DNA of 63,775 nt, filler included, from Octopus bimaculoides (GCF_001194135.2; 4 parts of 4 records of this genome joined end to end with filler, not necessarily neighbours in it); one strand, 5' to 3'; counted from the whole stretch's first letter, positions 37,262 through 51,290 are shown. The notes: generated from the letters alone by a model not told the origin. Numbers and translations: made by a program.

Positions 37262-39564
37262 GCATATATATATATATATATATANNNNNNNNNNNNNNNN
37301 NNNNNNNNNNNNNNNNNNNNNNNNNNNNNNNNNNNNNNNNNNNNNNNNNNNNNNNNNNNNNNNNNNNNNNNNNNNNNNNNNNNNNNNNNNNNNNNNNNNN
37401 NNNNNNNNNNNNNNNNNNNNNNNNNNNNNNNNNNNNNNNNNNNNNNNNNNNNNNNNNNNNNNNNNNNNNNNNNNNNNNNNNNNNNNNNNNNNNNNNNNNN
37501 NNNNNNNNNNNNNNNNNNNNNNNNNNNNNNNNNNNNNNNNNNNNNNNNNNNNNNNNNNNNNNNNNNNNNNNNNNNNNNNNNNNNNNNNNNNNNNNNNNNN
37601 NNNNNNNNNNNNNNNNNNNNNNNNNNNNNNNNNNNNNNNNNNNNNNNNNNNNNNNNNNNNNNNNNNNNNNNNNNNNNNNNNNNNNNNNNNNNNNNNNNNN
37701 NNNNNNNNNNNNNNNNNNNNNNNNNNNNNNNNNNNNNNNNNNNNNNNNNNNNNNNNNNNNNNNNNNNNNNNNNNNNNNNNNNNNNNNNNNNNNNNNNNNN
37801 NNNNNNNNNNNNNNNNNNNNNNNNNNNNNNNNNNNNNNNNNNNNNNNNNNNNNNNNNNNNNNNNNNNNNNNNNNNNNNNNNNNNNNNNNNNNNNNNNNNN
37901 NNNNNNNNNNNNNNNNNNNNNNNNNNNNNNNNNNNNNNNNNNNNNNNNNNNNNNNNNNNNNNNNNNNNNNNNNNNNNNNNNNNNNNNNNNNNNNNNNNNN
38001 NNNNNNNNNNNNNNNNNNNNNNNNNNNNNNNNNNNNNNNNATATATATTTAAATAAGAGCCATGACGCAATCCTATGTTACTATAGGCATTGTAATTCTC
38101 TTATGCCGAACTCCTTCGGAAAAACAGCATACATCATGTTGAATATCATAATGAAGCCCCATGGATTTCTTGAAGCAAACTGGCAATATGAGAGTCTCGT
38201 TGCATCCTTGGGAAAATTGAATCTCTTTCCTGACAGAGATTGTTTTTATGATGAGCGAAGTTTTGATGACACTTCTTGTCATGTTGGAAGTGCTTTATCA
38301 TAATTTTTTTTCGCTGAATTGTATCTTTGCAATCTGCAAAGGTTTTGCATTCTCTTGACGTGATGCAATACTGAAAGAATCTGAAATTTTCGTCACTTTT
38401 GTTTCTGATAGACTTGACATTAGTACACCGAGCTGATTATAATGGAAACAAGTCAAAAGGTGCCAGCGGGTCAACAATTTCATATTAGAAAACTATGGTT
38501 TCTTTTAATTATTTTTGATTGATTTATTAAAACTTACTAGTTCGACCTTGTTATCAGGTAGAAACTTCAAAATCTTTCTCATTTAACAACTTTGAAACAA
38601 AAGAAAACTAAAAAAACAGCATGATATACATTTGCATATATTTAATTTGAATTAAACTAATGACGTATAGTATGTTTAATAATGTGGAATATATTTTGTA
38701 TACTAGAATGCTTAATTTCGGAAATATATCAAGTGAAGTAATCATAAGCAGTAAAAATACAAATTGCATGTATTTCAAAATGTGGGACACTAAATGACAG
38801 AAACTAACAAAAAAGAAAGAAAATAGTGGTGATTGGTTTCCAGAGCTACGATGAGAAGGTTCAGGTTAAGGATACAAAGATGAGATTGAAGGAAAGAACG
38901 ATTGAAAGAAAGAAAAGAAGGAAAAGTTAACATAAAGTGGTGGTCTGAAATGAATGCGGGGCAGAAAATGAAAAAATACGTCTTATCTAGGCACTGATCA
39001 AGTTGAAATAGGATGGGTGATAAAAAGTTGTGAAGTCTTATGGCATCAAAAAGTGAAGAAAGAGAGACAGAGTGGAATAAAAAAGGTTGAGGAAGAGCAG
39101 GTAGGAAGAAAGAGGGCTTGCAAAGAAAGAGGGGAATAATGGTAGACATTTGATAGCGTCGGCGGTAGACGAACGCCGACGGTCGATGAACGAGCGCCAA
39201 CAGTTAGCGACGGTGGAACGCTGATGGTACTGCCAGGGATTCCATGTTCAGTATTTTGTTGGTAAACTAGCGTACCACTAGGAGGACAGGACCATGTATC
39301 CACCCCGGGGAAAAGTAACCCTTCGTCCTGGCATGACTGAAAAGCATGCCATGGCCGACCATCAAGACACTTCCACATCTTCCTGGCCAAGGGTTTTACG
39401 GTGCCCGTTTAGCTTAAGGCACTGTCGATTGATTTAATATTCATTATATTTATTCACAGTGTTTCCTTGTGTAGCAGGGTAAACCGACCAAGGTTGCAGC
39501 TGTCAAGAAGTCCAAGGAGCACTCAGGCAACAATCCAGAAGCCCAGCCACCCATGGGAGAGTAG

Positions 39565-40376
39565 ACCGGTCTGACCTAGTTTGGACGGGTCTGATCCAGT
39601 CTGGACTGGTTAGGGTTAGGTTTTGGTGTTTGATGAAGATGTGAGGATGTTTGATAAAGACATGATGATGTTTGATGAAGATATTTGATGAAAAACTTGT
39701 TTCATGAAGATGTCTGAAGAGGTTATTTTATGAAGTTGATAAAAATGTTTGAAGATGAGATGTCTGATGAAAATATTTGTTGATGATTCATGATAATGTG
39801 TGATGAAGATGTTTGAAGATGTTTGAAGATGTTTGATGAAAATATTTGATGAAATGCTGAATGGATGCGACCGGTCTGATCCAGTTTCGACTGGTTTGTA
39901 CCAGTCTGATTCAGTTTCGACCGATTTGATACGGTTTGGACCAGTTTGAATAGGCTTACAGCAGTCTAATCTGTTATGGACCAGTTTGAACTGGATTAGA
40001 ACGACTTTGACTGGTTCTATGGGGTTTTAACTTGTTTTGCATAGTCTCATCCGGTCTGGACTAGTCTGGACTGATCTGGACTGGACTGGTCTGGATGTTA
40101 GATGAAAATATTCGATGAATGATGTTTTATGAAAATGTCTGATGGAGTTGTTTGATGAAATTGTCTGATGAAAATGTTTGATGAAAATCTTTGATGGATG
40201 AAGATGTTTAATGAAAATATTTGTTGTTTAATGGAAATTTTTGACAATGAAATTTTTTATGAAGATTGTGGGCTGGTCTGATCCGGTTTGGACCCGTTTG
40301 AAGTGGTTTGGACTAGCTTCAACCGGTTTGAACTGCTCTGATCTGGTCTCGACTGGTCAGAACCGGTTAGGTTTAA
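39565..40376. repeat. Compound minisatellite of alternating ~10-bp and ~12-bp repeat blocks
   Basis: Blocks of gaccagtttg/gactggtctg-like units (39565-39612, 39867-40095, 40272-40376) alternate with gatgaagatgtt-like units (39630-39862, 40097-40265). Confidence 0.8.
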
Positions 40377-40379
40377 ACT

Positions 40380-40415
<36 letters not shown>

Positions 40416-40849
40416 ACAGTTATGCAAAAAATTTAGATTCAGGTGAATATGGTACTTAAGTTTAAGCACCAGAATTTAGTATGGTATTATCCATACAGTT
40501 TCAAAATAAGGTGATTAAAATCAAAATAAGCAACAAGGATATCTAGAGTTAATGCAGTACGATCGTTTCATGCGATTCCATTTAATTGAACAATATATAC
40601 ATTACATCAAATATAAAATGTAGACCAATCTTCAGCTATAAAAAGACATAGAAATTTAGAAATTTAATGAAATTAAATTTGAACAGGACATATTTTTATA
40701 ATTAAATCTAAACTCTCCAAGTAGAAAGGAGGAATACAAAACACCATTTTGACTTAGCCAGACCATACAGGCTAGTAAATAAACATTCTAAGCAAATTTT
40801 AACTGTCACTGATTTTATTTGTTTTTTGGGGGGGTTCTGATTTATGGAC

Positions 40850-42145
40850 TATCTTATCAGACCTAGAGATTCAAGGCTTAAGAGAACGATGGCATTTTCC
40901 TTATAGGGTAAGGGGTAAACAGTATAGACAGTAAACATAGATGATATAGTTATAAAATATATATAATATAATAATATATATAACAGGTGTAAAATACACT
41001 TAGGGATATTAAATATACAAAGAATTTGTTGGTTCATATTACCTATATTAATAACAAGGTTATTTCACTAGGTAAATAAAATAAACATACAATTTATTAA
41101 GATATAAATATAAATCAGAAATGGAAAACAAAACAATAAATTGAACAATAATAAATTCAATTCAATTTAAATATTTTATACAAACAAATGATTTGGTCTA
41201 TCTATGACTACAGAGAAATAATTATTAATTACTTAGATATGAACTGTAATTTATTATCTGCAATATATGTACCGAATATGAAACCAAATTATAAATTAAA
41301 ATATATAAATTATCAAAGTAATCACCCACCTTTATGTAAAAAGCATTAGTATATAATATTAGTTAGGGAATTTCATATTTATCTTATAATGAGGATATAT
41401 TTAATAGACATAAAGACCAATATGATTTGGCCTTAAGCTAAGCAGAATATAAGAATAAATTAAAGTATATTAAAGATAATAATATTGTAAATTAAATCAG
41501 TAAATTTGATAATAGGAATAATAATATAAAAACTAATGATAATAATAAAAAACCATAGATATATAAAGAAACCGAATGAAATTTAAAATAATATCTACTT
41601 AATGAATAAAAAATAATTTTAGTAGCTTCAACAGTAATAAAGTAGATACTAATAAAATAATACGGTTTATAATCCCATATGTTATACAAATAAAATCTAA
41701 TTTGGTGAAATAGGCTAATTAAGAAGCATTTCAATATAAATAATAAATATTATGAAATTATTAGCAATAATAAAACAATGATAGGATATAGTTTAACTCA
41801 TAACTTAGATACTTTTATATCTTCTATACATGACAGAAAATGAAATTTATTTTATTTTATTCAAATAGTGAATGTGTTAATAATAACTCCCCTAATGCCA
41901 GGGCCAATGTACAAAATATTAGTAGTAATACTATTAGGTATTTCATTAATAAACATACTATTATTTAGAACGGTTAGAAACCAGTTACATTTAAAACATC
42001 TTAAAAAATGTGATTGTAAAAATATAGATATCTGTATGATTAAAAATTTATGTCAATTAAAAAATGTAGTATATCAATGTAAAGTTGCCACAGAAATTAA
42101 TAATAAATATGTTTATATTGGATCAACTGAAAACAGCCACCTCCG
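40850..42145 (+). mobile_element. Heavily decayed Penelope-like element (linker + GIY-YIG endonuclease)
   Basis: YINYQSNHPPL; FIIPY...; KKCDCKNIDICMIKNLCQLKNVVYQCKV...YVYIGSTEN. Confidence 0.7.
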
Positions 42146-45100
42146 CTACCATTCTGTTATTTAACGTCAATATGTTCGCGTCTTTTTTATTGTGATGTCT
42201 AATATATCAGAATGTTAACCCACGTGGATATATGCAGCATTGCACCTAAGGGCTTACGCTCATGGATCTACGCAGGAATGCACCTAAGGACTCATGCTCT
42301 CGTTTCTATAACTTCAGAAAGTGGAACTGTGAACCTTTATGCTTCTATTTTCTTCTCTCTTTCCATCTCCTTATTCTTTTATTCCCTTCCTTTATGTCGT
42401 CATCTTATTAATATATACCATTCTCATTTCCCCTATTTTCCTCATTTGACGGTATATCCCATACTCGGGGATATCCCAGAAACAGCTGCAAGATTTTTAA
42501 TTTCTTTCTATCATAGTATTGTATACGACTTGAAATGTTTGCCTTGCCTTAAATTCTGGTATCCTGTTTAATTATATATACGCTGCATCGGAAATCTGCA
42601 ATGGCTTCATAACTACCGTCTCAGTTATAACTTTGGAGCCCCAGTAATCCGTTGCAGCACTTACTCGGCGTACCTAATCGTTTAGATCACATGTGAACTA
42701 AAACCCCATACTCTGTGCGTATGTATGTATATATATGTATATAGCTGATACTTTTAATTTTAATGTTGATGATGCATTAGTTGAGTAATATATCTTTCTA
42801 GAATTCCCGTGGGAATTTTATGACCAGCTCCATCAGTTAACATTTGGGACTTATTTATTTATTTATCTTTGTCTTTTGTTCTTGTTTTTTGTGAAGAAAC
42901 CTAACTTCAAACAATATTTTACAGATCAATTTTTAGACACTGTCATCTAAACTAGGTAAAGTATGTGGGGCTGAAAACTTTGATTTTACATGCCACAAAC
43001 ATTTTAGCGGGTGGAGGTGTACCACATGCGCCCCAGGTTCCCAGGCCTTGAATACTGACGACATACTAAGTAAGAAATGCGTGTTCAAGTCCCTACTCAT
43101 CAAACATGAAGCTCGTCAATGTCAGCAATGCAGATCTTTTTCTTCTTGACATTATCTCCCCTTTTTCCATAGAGTAGCTCTGACGTCCCATTTCGTAACT
43201 TATTAATACTAGAGACAATATTAATAAGTCAATAATGTATATTGTGCGGTATTCGATATACCTATGTTAGTCTAGGTTCTTCATGTCCATGACACATTGA
43301 GTTATTTTAACTCATTGTACATACACCCACACATATACATACACACATACCAAAAGAATGAGCAAGAGAAATACATAAATACATGTAGAGACAGACACAC
43401 ACACCAAATATATGTGTGCATATATATGTGTGTGCATGTGTGTATGTATGTATGCATATATATAAATATGTGTGTATGTTTATGTATGTATTCTTCCATA
43501 AAACTGACGTGAATGAGGCAGACAGTTTTTAATTAAGATACGAAAATAGAATATATTAAATTTAGCGTACTTAACTAAAAGATCACTTAAGTAATACCCA
43601 GTGATATTAACTGAAGAAGTAATAGCAATAATAAAGAGAGAAAATTTAATATATTATATGTGTGTAAGCATATGTAATGGTGTGCATGTGTATAAAATAT
43701 ATGTGTGTGTATATATATATGTACGAGTGAGCTTGAATAAATGGATGTTAAATCTGTAATTTATAAGTAAATATATTAGGAAATAACTATGGTATGGCTA
43801 AAGATTTAATTCATAAGTAGTGATGCGGCCAATTCACGTATTTGTATGACAAATATATTATGCTGGCATTTGTTTCTAAGATTATATCATCCAGCACATT
43901 GAAAGAACATAAATAATACTAAGCAAACATGAGTTCATGTAATTTTTTAAAACGTTTGGAACAGTTATCATTACATACGTCTTATGTAATTTCTGTGTGT
44001 GAGTGTATGAGTGTGTGCACGCGCGCTCATTTAGATGTGGTCTAACCGTTGAGCCTAAGATAAGTAAAGTTCGGTGATTGGTTTTCTTCACCGGGCGTTG
44101 TGTCAGACCCTGAAAAAGGTATTTCAGTTCACGTTGCTCCATATAAGTACAAACCGAATGTTTGGGAGCTAAGAATGCTGCACAATTGGAGCTAAAGCGT
44201 GGTGCAATCATGAGGTCATGTTTGTTCGAAAGTGACCGCTAAGATTTAACTTCTGTGGGTGTGTGTGCGTTGGTGAGTGTGTGTACGTTTGTGTATATAT
44301 GTGTGAGTGTGTTTACATATATATGCGTGTGTGTTCTATGACTGAATCGACGAATTTTTATTCTATGTCCGTATGTCGCTAAAACTGACACATGAAATAC
44401 TGTACCTCTGCAGTGGGATATCCAATAATTCACATACGAAATAGACTGGAGCAAAGCGGAATGAATGCTTAAAGCTTCTGCTAATATGTATGTATGCACG
44501 TATGTATGCACGTATGCATGTATGTATATATGCATGTATGTACGTACGTATCCATGTATATATATACGTATCTTAATAGATAAACGAGTGATGTGATGTA
44601 TAAAATGAACTTATCAACAAAAATAAGGTGAAAAATCTTTATGCTTGTATGTACTATATATATGGAGCTTTTACAGTTAAATTATGGGTGACTTAAGAGG
44701 GAAAAGTAAGAAGTGGCAAAAGCATAGTAAACAGAAAAATAATGCAGCTAAGTAGGAAAAACAATTTTAAGAATGCACATTGAAAATAAGGGGTAACGAG
44801 GATATAACGAGAAAATTCGATTAGATGAACAATCTATGCGACAGCATGAGTATAGAAATGAGTGTACAACATTTATGAATTGATTCTGAGCAAACTGTAT
44901 GGTCTGCAAATAAATTGTACTCTCAACCAAAGAGTCGCACTTGAAAGTGTAGAAAAGAATGTTATAATCACATCAAAATATTGGTTGCTGTGACAATTAA
45001 GAGAAACGAACAGAACAAAAGCGTCAGTCTTGTCGAGCTAACTGTTCCGCGTGAAGATATACGGATGTCACTCACATTCGTTCACACACACACACACACG

Positions 45101-45704
45101 CACACACGCGTGCGTGCGCACACACGTGCACACATGAATGAACAAACAAGATCACAACAAAATATGGCTAAAGTAACTCGATGGTTGAAAGTTTCGTACA
45201 CGGTACCTGAAAGAAAATATTAACAATGAAAACTTCGTATCTTTTGAACGCTTATAAAGCGTGGGTTAAAATATATTTTTTTTTTTTCAGTATTTCATTA
45301 CAGACAAAAAAGGGACGGTTACTTGGAAATCACTAAAACTCATATCTTCCGGTGAAATAGATGTGGCGCTTGAGAGAAAATGTGTATATGAAATCAAATG
45401 TTGGCATAGAACCATAGCTGGATACTAAAACCTCAACGATACAAAATTCCAAACAAAAGATTGCATACTAGATACAGCCACCCCCATCCTTCCGACTACT
45501 TCAGATTACCGGACTTCGCGCTAATGGAAATTCTAATGTATGAGCATTGACTTTGGGATACGCTCAGTAATTTCGCTCTTACAGAAAACCCGCATTACGT
45601 AGTTTTAAAACATCACATACTTTTTAGCTGAATGGCAACATGGTATTCCATGTGCACTAATGCGCACATGTATGTATACATTTTATAATGGGAGTATCTG
45701 TCTG

Positions 45705-45775
<71 letters not shown>

Positions 45776-46081
45776 NNNNNNNNNNNNNNNNNNNNNNNNN
45801 NNNNNNNNNNNNNNNNNNNNNNNNNNNNNNNNNNNNNNNNNNNNNNNNNNNNNNNNNNNNNNNNNNNNNNNNNNNNNNNNNNNNNNNNNNNNNNNNNNNN
45901 NNNNNNNNNNNNNNNNNNNNNNNNNNNNNNNNNNNNNNNNNNNNNNNNNNNNNNNNNNNNNNNNNNNNNNNNNNNNNNNNNNNNNNNNNNNNNTACATAT
46001 ATATGTATTTTTATTTATGTGTTTTAGCCAAGTGGCTGCGGTCATGCTGGTGCACCACCGATAATAGCCAATATATACATG

Positions 46082-46306
46082 GAATACTTTGAGAATTTGG
46101 CTTTATGATCGACACCACTAAAACCAACCATATGGCTGCGATATGCTGATGAAACCTTTATATTCTGGCCCCACCACGAAGATGTCGAAGTGCTGTTAGA
46201 TCATGTGAACTCAATAAAGCCATCCATATAGTTCACAATCGAAAAGGAAAAAGACAATCAGCTAGCATTCTTGGACGTATTAATAACACGCACCAAGTAT
46301 GGATTC
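46082..46306 (+). mobile_element. Penelope-like reverse transcriptase fragment
   Basis: KPTIWLRYADETFIFWPH...LLDHVNSIKPSI*FTIEKEKDNQLAFLDVLITRT. Confidence 0.9.
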
Positions 46307-46435
46307 TCCCTTAAATCACACAAAGTAAACGGAATTTAAAAATGTTTGCATCAATGGAATTTTTTCGATGTGAACTTTCCGGTGCAGTAATTAGATCTTT
46401 TTAAAATTCTGTTTACTTTGTGTGATTTAAGGGAG
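46306..46435. repeat. Inverted repeat, ~37-bp arms; homologous segment at 52320-52430
   Basis: ctcccttaaatcacacaaagtaaacggaatttaaaaa / tttttaaaattctgtttactttgtgtgatttaagggag. Confidence 0.8.
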
Positions 46436-46552
46436 ATTTGGCTGTTGTTTCTAGCAACTTTTAAATTTCTTCCCTTCTACCTGTATACACAATCATTGAC
46501 GACAATATAACTCATGTTCGTCAATGTTTGGTAAATATACCACGATTTTCAC

Positions 46553-46801
46553 TAGGGTGTTATGGTTAGGGTTTCAGGGTCAGGGTTATGGTTTTAGGGT
46601 TACCATTAGGGATAGGGTTACGGTTAGGGTTAGGTTTAGGGTTAGTGTTACGGTTACAGTTTTAGGGTCAGGGTTAGGGTGTTAGGGTTAGAGTGTTAGG
46701 GTTAGGGTCAGGGTTTAAGGTTAGGGCTTAAGGTTAGTGTTATGGTTAGTGTTAAGGTTAGGATTAGGGTTAGGCTTAGGGTTTTAGGGTTAGGGTTGGG
46801 T
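46553..46801 (+). repeat. Degenerate interstitial (TTAGGG)n array
   Basis: About 40 variant hexamers (ttaggg, tcaggg, ttaagg, ttagtg, ttacgg). Confidence 0.85.
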
Positions 46802-49182
46802 AATCGTGCGGGTGTTAATCTGAAAAATTACAGAAATGTGAAAACTACCGACTCTACCATCTATTATAACTTTTGTTGTTCTTTTTAATATATACATAGA
46901 TTATGCCTCCAAAGAAGAGAGTTTGCTGGGGAAAGATAGCAACCGGTTTAAAATGACAGCAACAGACTACAGCAATTCACTACATTCCAGAAGCTACTTT
47001 GAACATAATGCAAAATGGTGCATCAACATCTTCTGCCCAATCTAATAGAATTCTGGCAAAACTGTGTAGCAACAGATCGCCAGCAATTGCTTCATCCCAA
47101 ATTGCCATCCTAGCTCCTGCTAAAAGGGATTACCCTGCTATATATAATCAGAGCAGCGCAAAAAGTTGTTCTGCAAAAGCATTTCTATAGCCAATTAGAC
47201 GAATGAAATTTACGTACGCTTAATAATGTTACGCAAAACAGCCTTCAGACTTTCCCTATTAATTTCATCGTCTTTTGAATTATGAACATATTTACATCAT
47301 AAGGGTTTTTGCGTTGTAAGGCTTTCTTTTTTAGTTGATTTTCACCTACCAAGACTTATCGTAGATAGCGTAATNNNNNNNNNNNNNNNNNNNNNNNNNN
47401 NNNNNNNNNNNNNNNNNNNNNNNNNNNNNNNNNNNNNNNNNNNNNNNNNNNNNNNNNNNNNNNNNNNNNNNNNNNNNNNNNNNNNNNNNNNNNNNNNNNN
47501 NNNNNNNNNNNNNNNNNNNNNNNNNNNNNNNNNNNNNNNNNNNNNNNNNNNNNNNNNNNNNNNNNNNNNNNNNNNNNNNNNNNNNNNNNNNNNNNNNNNN
47601 NNNNNNNNNNNNNNNNNNNNNNNNNNNNNNNNNNNNNNNNNNNNNNNNNNNNNNNNNNNNNNNNNNNNNNNNNNNNNNNNNNNNNNNNNNNNNNNNNNNN
47701 NNNNNNNNNNNNNNNNNNNNNNNNNNNNNNNNNNNNNNNNNNNNNNNNNNNNNNNNNNNNNNNNNNNNNNNNNNNNNNNNNNNNNNNNNNNNNNNNNNNN
47801 NNNNNNNNNNNNNNNNNNNNNNNNNNNNNNNNNNNNNNNNNNNNNNNNNNNNNNNNNNNNNNNNNNNNNNNNNNNNNNNNNNNNNNNNNNNNNNNNNNNN
47901 NNNNNNNNNNNNNNNNNNNNNNNNNNNNNNNNNNNNNNNNNNNNNNNNNNNNNNNNNNNNNNNNNNNNNNNNNNNNNNNNNNNNNNNNNNNNNNNNNNNN
48001 NNNNNNNNNNNNNNNNNNNNNNNNNNNNNNNNNNNNNNNNNNNNNNNNNNNNNNNNNNNNNNNNNNNNNNNNNNNNNNNNNNNNNNNNNNNNNNNNNNNN
48101 NNNNNNNNNNNNNNNNNNNNNNNNNNNNNNNNNNNNNNNNNNNNNNNNNNNNNNNNNNNNNNNNNNNNNNNNNNNNNNNNNNNNNNNNNNNNNNNNNNNN
48201 NNNNNNNNNNNNNNNNNNNNNNNNNNNNNNNNNNNNNNNNNNNNNNNNNNNNNNNNNNNNNNNNNNNNNNNNNNNNNNNNNNNNNNNNNNNNNNNNNNNN
48301 NNNNNATATATATATATATATACACAAACACAAGATTAGCACTAAGCAAAACGACGCACTAGGCGTCTAACCTATTGAGAAATAGGAGTCAATACCCCAA
48401 TGAACCAGCTAAAGCACTGGAAATATTACAGAGAACAACAGTAAGCGGGCGAACAGTTAAATAATTAAAAGCATATCTTCAAAGATAATGCCATTGGGAT
48501 ATTTGTGTACCGTGGTTTCAATTTTTGGCTCACGGGCCTCAAATGTTTTCAGCACGACCTACCGGGAGGTGAAAATTTGAAACACGTTACGTGGAAACTC
48601 TAGCGGAGTTGTGATGTTTTGCGCCAAAAGCAGAATCACCTCAGTGCAAAAACATTCAAAAAGGAGATATGTGAATATTTATAAATATATTATAATTGTT
48701 GTTTGCCCGCTTATTATTGTTCTCTGTAATATTTTCAGTTCTTTAGGGGTTTTAAATCCTATTCCTAAACAGGTTATACTCCCAGTGCACCCTTTTGTAT
48801 AGTACTAATTTTAAATTTAAGCTATTTGATGATTTTTGACACCTTTTACCATCTATACTATTGATCTTATTATTATCAATATATTATATTTAACGCTGAT
48901 AATATCAACAATAATATTAAGTTTTTGAATATTCACATCTCAATATTCACTTTTCATTGAATTAAAAAAATTTAATTTAATTTAAATAATTTTAAAAATA
49001 AGGGTAACAAATTGAATATTAATTTGATTAAAATAAATTTAAAACCAAAGGCCAAGCATAGTGAAAAATCTGAACATTCAGAAAAATTATATTACATACA
49101 TATAATAAAGATAAGCACTAAGTGCACATCTATTATGCTAGAAGTAGATCATCTACGATCTGACCACTAATGATTGTTCTGA

Positions 49183-49553
49183 AGAAATTTCAACAAGCAC
49201 CAGAACGTAAGCGAGCAAGACAAATGAAAACATGCAAAATATAAAGAACTAATCGTAGACCGATTTCGCTATCAACAAAATTACTTACGTAATAGTTCGT
49301 AGCTCGTCAGTACGATCGTTCTCTTCAATATAAATTGCAGAACTATGCACGAGATGTCCGCATAAAATGAGACGTGCACATAGTTCTACCAATTACATGG
49401 GGGTTATATTTCAAATATAACCCCAATGTAATTTGTAGAACTATATACGTAAGTACTTTTGTTGATAGCGAAACCGGTCTGCGACCACAATTTTATATTT
49501 TGTATATTTTCATTTGATTGCTCGCTTACGCTCTGGTGCTTGCTGAATTTTCT
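49183..49553. mobile_element. Foldback element: ~105-bp inverted arms with an internal 63-bp palindrome
   Basis: 49183-49290 is the diverged reverse complement of 49447-49553; tagttctaccaattacatgggggttatatt / aatataaccccaatgtaatttgtagaacta at 49381-49443. Confidence 0.8.
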
Positions 49554-50022
49554 TGAGAACAATCTTTTCTTAGTGGTCAAGGCATAGGTGATCTTCTAGC
49601 AAAATGGATGTCCACTTAGTGGTCAACCCTCTTATATACATATGTATATATATATATATATANNNNNNNNNNNNNNNNNNNNNNNNNNNNNNNNNNNNNN
49701 NNNNNNNNNNNNNNNNNNNNNNNNNNNNNNNNNNNNNNNNNNNNNNNNNNNNNNNNNNNNNNNNNNNNNNNNNNNNNNNNNNNNNNNNNNNNNNNNNNNN
49801 NNNNNNNNNNNNNNNNNNNNNNNNNNNNNNNNNNNNNNNNNNNNNNNNNNNNNNNNNNNNNNNNNNNNNNNNNNNNNNNNNNNNNNNNNNNNNNNNNNNN
49901 NNNNNNNNNNNNNNNNNNNNNNNNNNNNNNNNNNNNNNNNNNNNNNNNNNNNNNNNNNNNNNNNNNNNNNNNNNNNNNNNNNNNNNNNNNNNNNNNNNNN
50001 NNNNNNNNNNNNNNNNNNNNNN

Positions 50023-50063
<41 letters not shown>

Positions 50064-50359
50064 AATATATATATATATATATATATGTGTCACGTCGCTC
50101 TTGAGTGCTACTGGTACCATGTAATCCAGTACCTGTCGCATGGTCGGGTCGTCGGCGACTAATCTGGCAACTCACCAGGCATATATATGTATATATATGT
50201 ATATTTTTACTTTTATATACATATTCATATTTATTGTGTATCTTTTACTTTTTTATATTTATATATAATTCTTATTTACCTTTGCAAATCAAATATCGTA
50301 CCTTTTTTATGAGCTACTCCACATCGGTCATCGGAGTGATATTTGATCACTTTATAGAG

Positions 50360-51290
50360 TGTTAAAGTGTCGGTTTGGTGTCTGGAATGGGATAGCTTAC
50401 CTCATGGGCAGGTAGAAGCTCTTTAACCTTAGTTGGTAATCTACTTAGGAGAAGGAAATCTCCGAAATAAAACCTGAGGCCTTGGAAGTTCTGTGAGGGG
50501 AGCAGAGAACTGGATTGACCATCATTAAATGCGTGGAAAAATAGATCTTCGATAATGCATATAAATCGAAAGTCTGGCCCTTAGGTACCCGAATAGTTAA
50601 ATGTTGCAAACTGTAAATGATCAGGCAAGTTGCAAAGATTCCACGATGCTATAGCAAGTATTAATCTTGACCCAAACAATCTATGAGAAGATTTCAAAAC
50701 AAAAGTATTTCAGGCTGCAAGTTCGTCAGTGAGATTTAAATCACATAAGTCCAGTGACTGGTTCTCAGATAGATCAGCAGAAATTCATGATCTACTTTTA
50801 GGAAAAAAAAACTCAGGCTATACACTTCTTCCTCAGTCCTTGAACCCCAACTCAAACGAAGCTTACAGAATGCTGAAAAGGAAAATGCAGACTGCTCTAA
50901 GAAAAATTAGACAGGAATGGTGGAATTACAGAGCAAAAGATGCACAAGAAGCAGCTGATAGAAATGATGCCAAGGGTTTGTAGTCTTATGTTAAGGAGTT
51001 ATATGGCCCAAAATCTACTTCAATAGCTCCAGTGAGAACAGCAAATGGACATTGTCTTCCGAGTGACACTGCTTCTCTTCATAAGAGAACATTTTTCCGC
51101 ACTTTTGAATAGACCGCCATCCGTTCACATCAAGATGATTGAACACCTTCCAGTTATAGAAGAGATGTCATTTGAACCAACTCTAAATGACATTTATTTA
51201 GCTGTGAATAAGTTGAATAACAATAAGTATCCAGGGTCTGACGGAATCTGTGCAGAAGATTTGAAATATGTAATTTTTAACGGCAGTAAT
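50360..51290 (+). mobile_element. RTE-clade LINE fragment (5'UTR-like part + EN-RT linker)
   Basis: ttaggagaaggaaatctccgaaataaaacc resembles an RTE 5'UTR; SDWFSD...WWNYRAKDAQEAADRNDAKGL*SYVKELYGP...REHFSALLNRP...KLNNNKYPGSDGICAE. Confidence 0.85.

Noticed and set aside
44981-45060. SVSLVELTVPRE resembling a restriction-like endonuclease motif
   Set aside because: Only about 12 residues with no supporting neighbouring motifs
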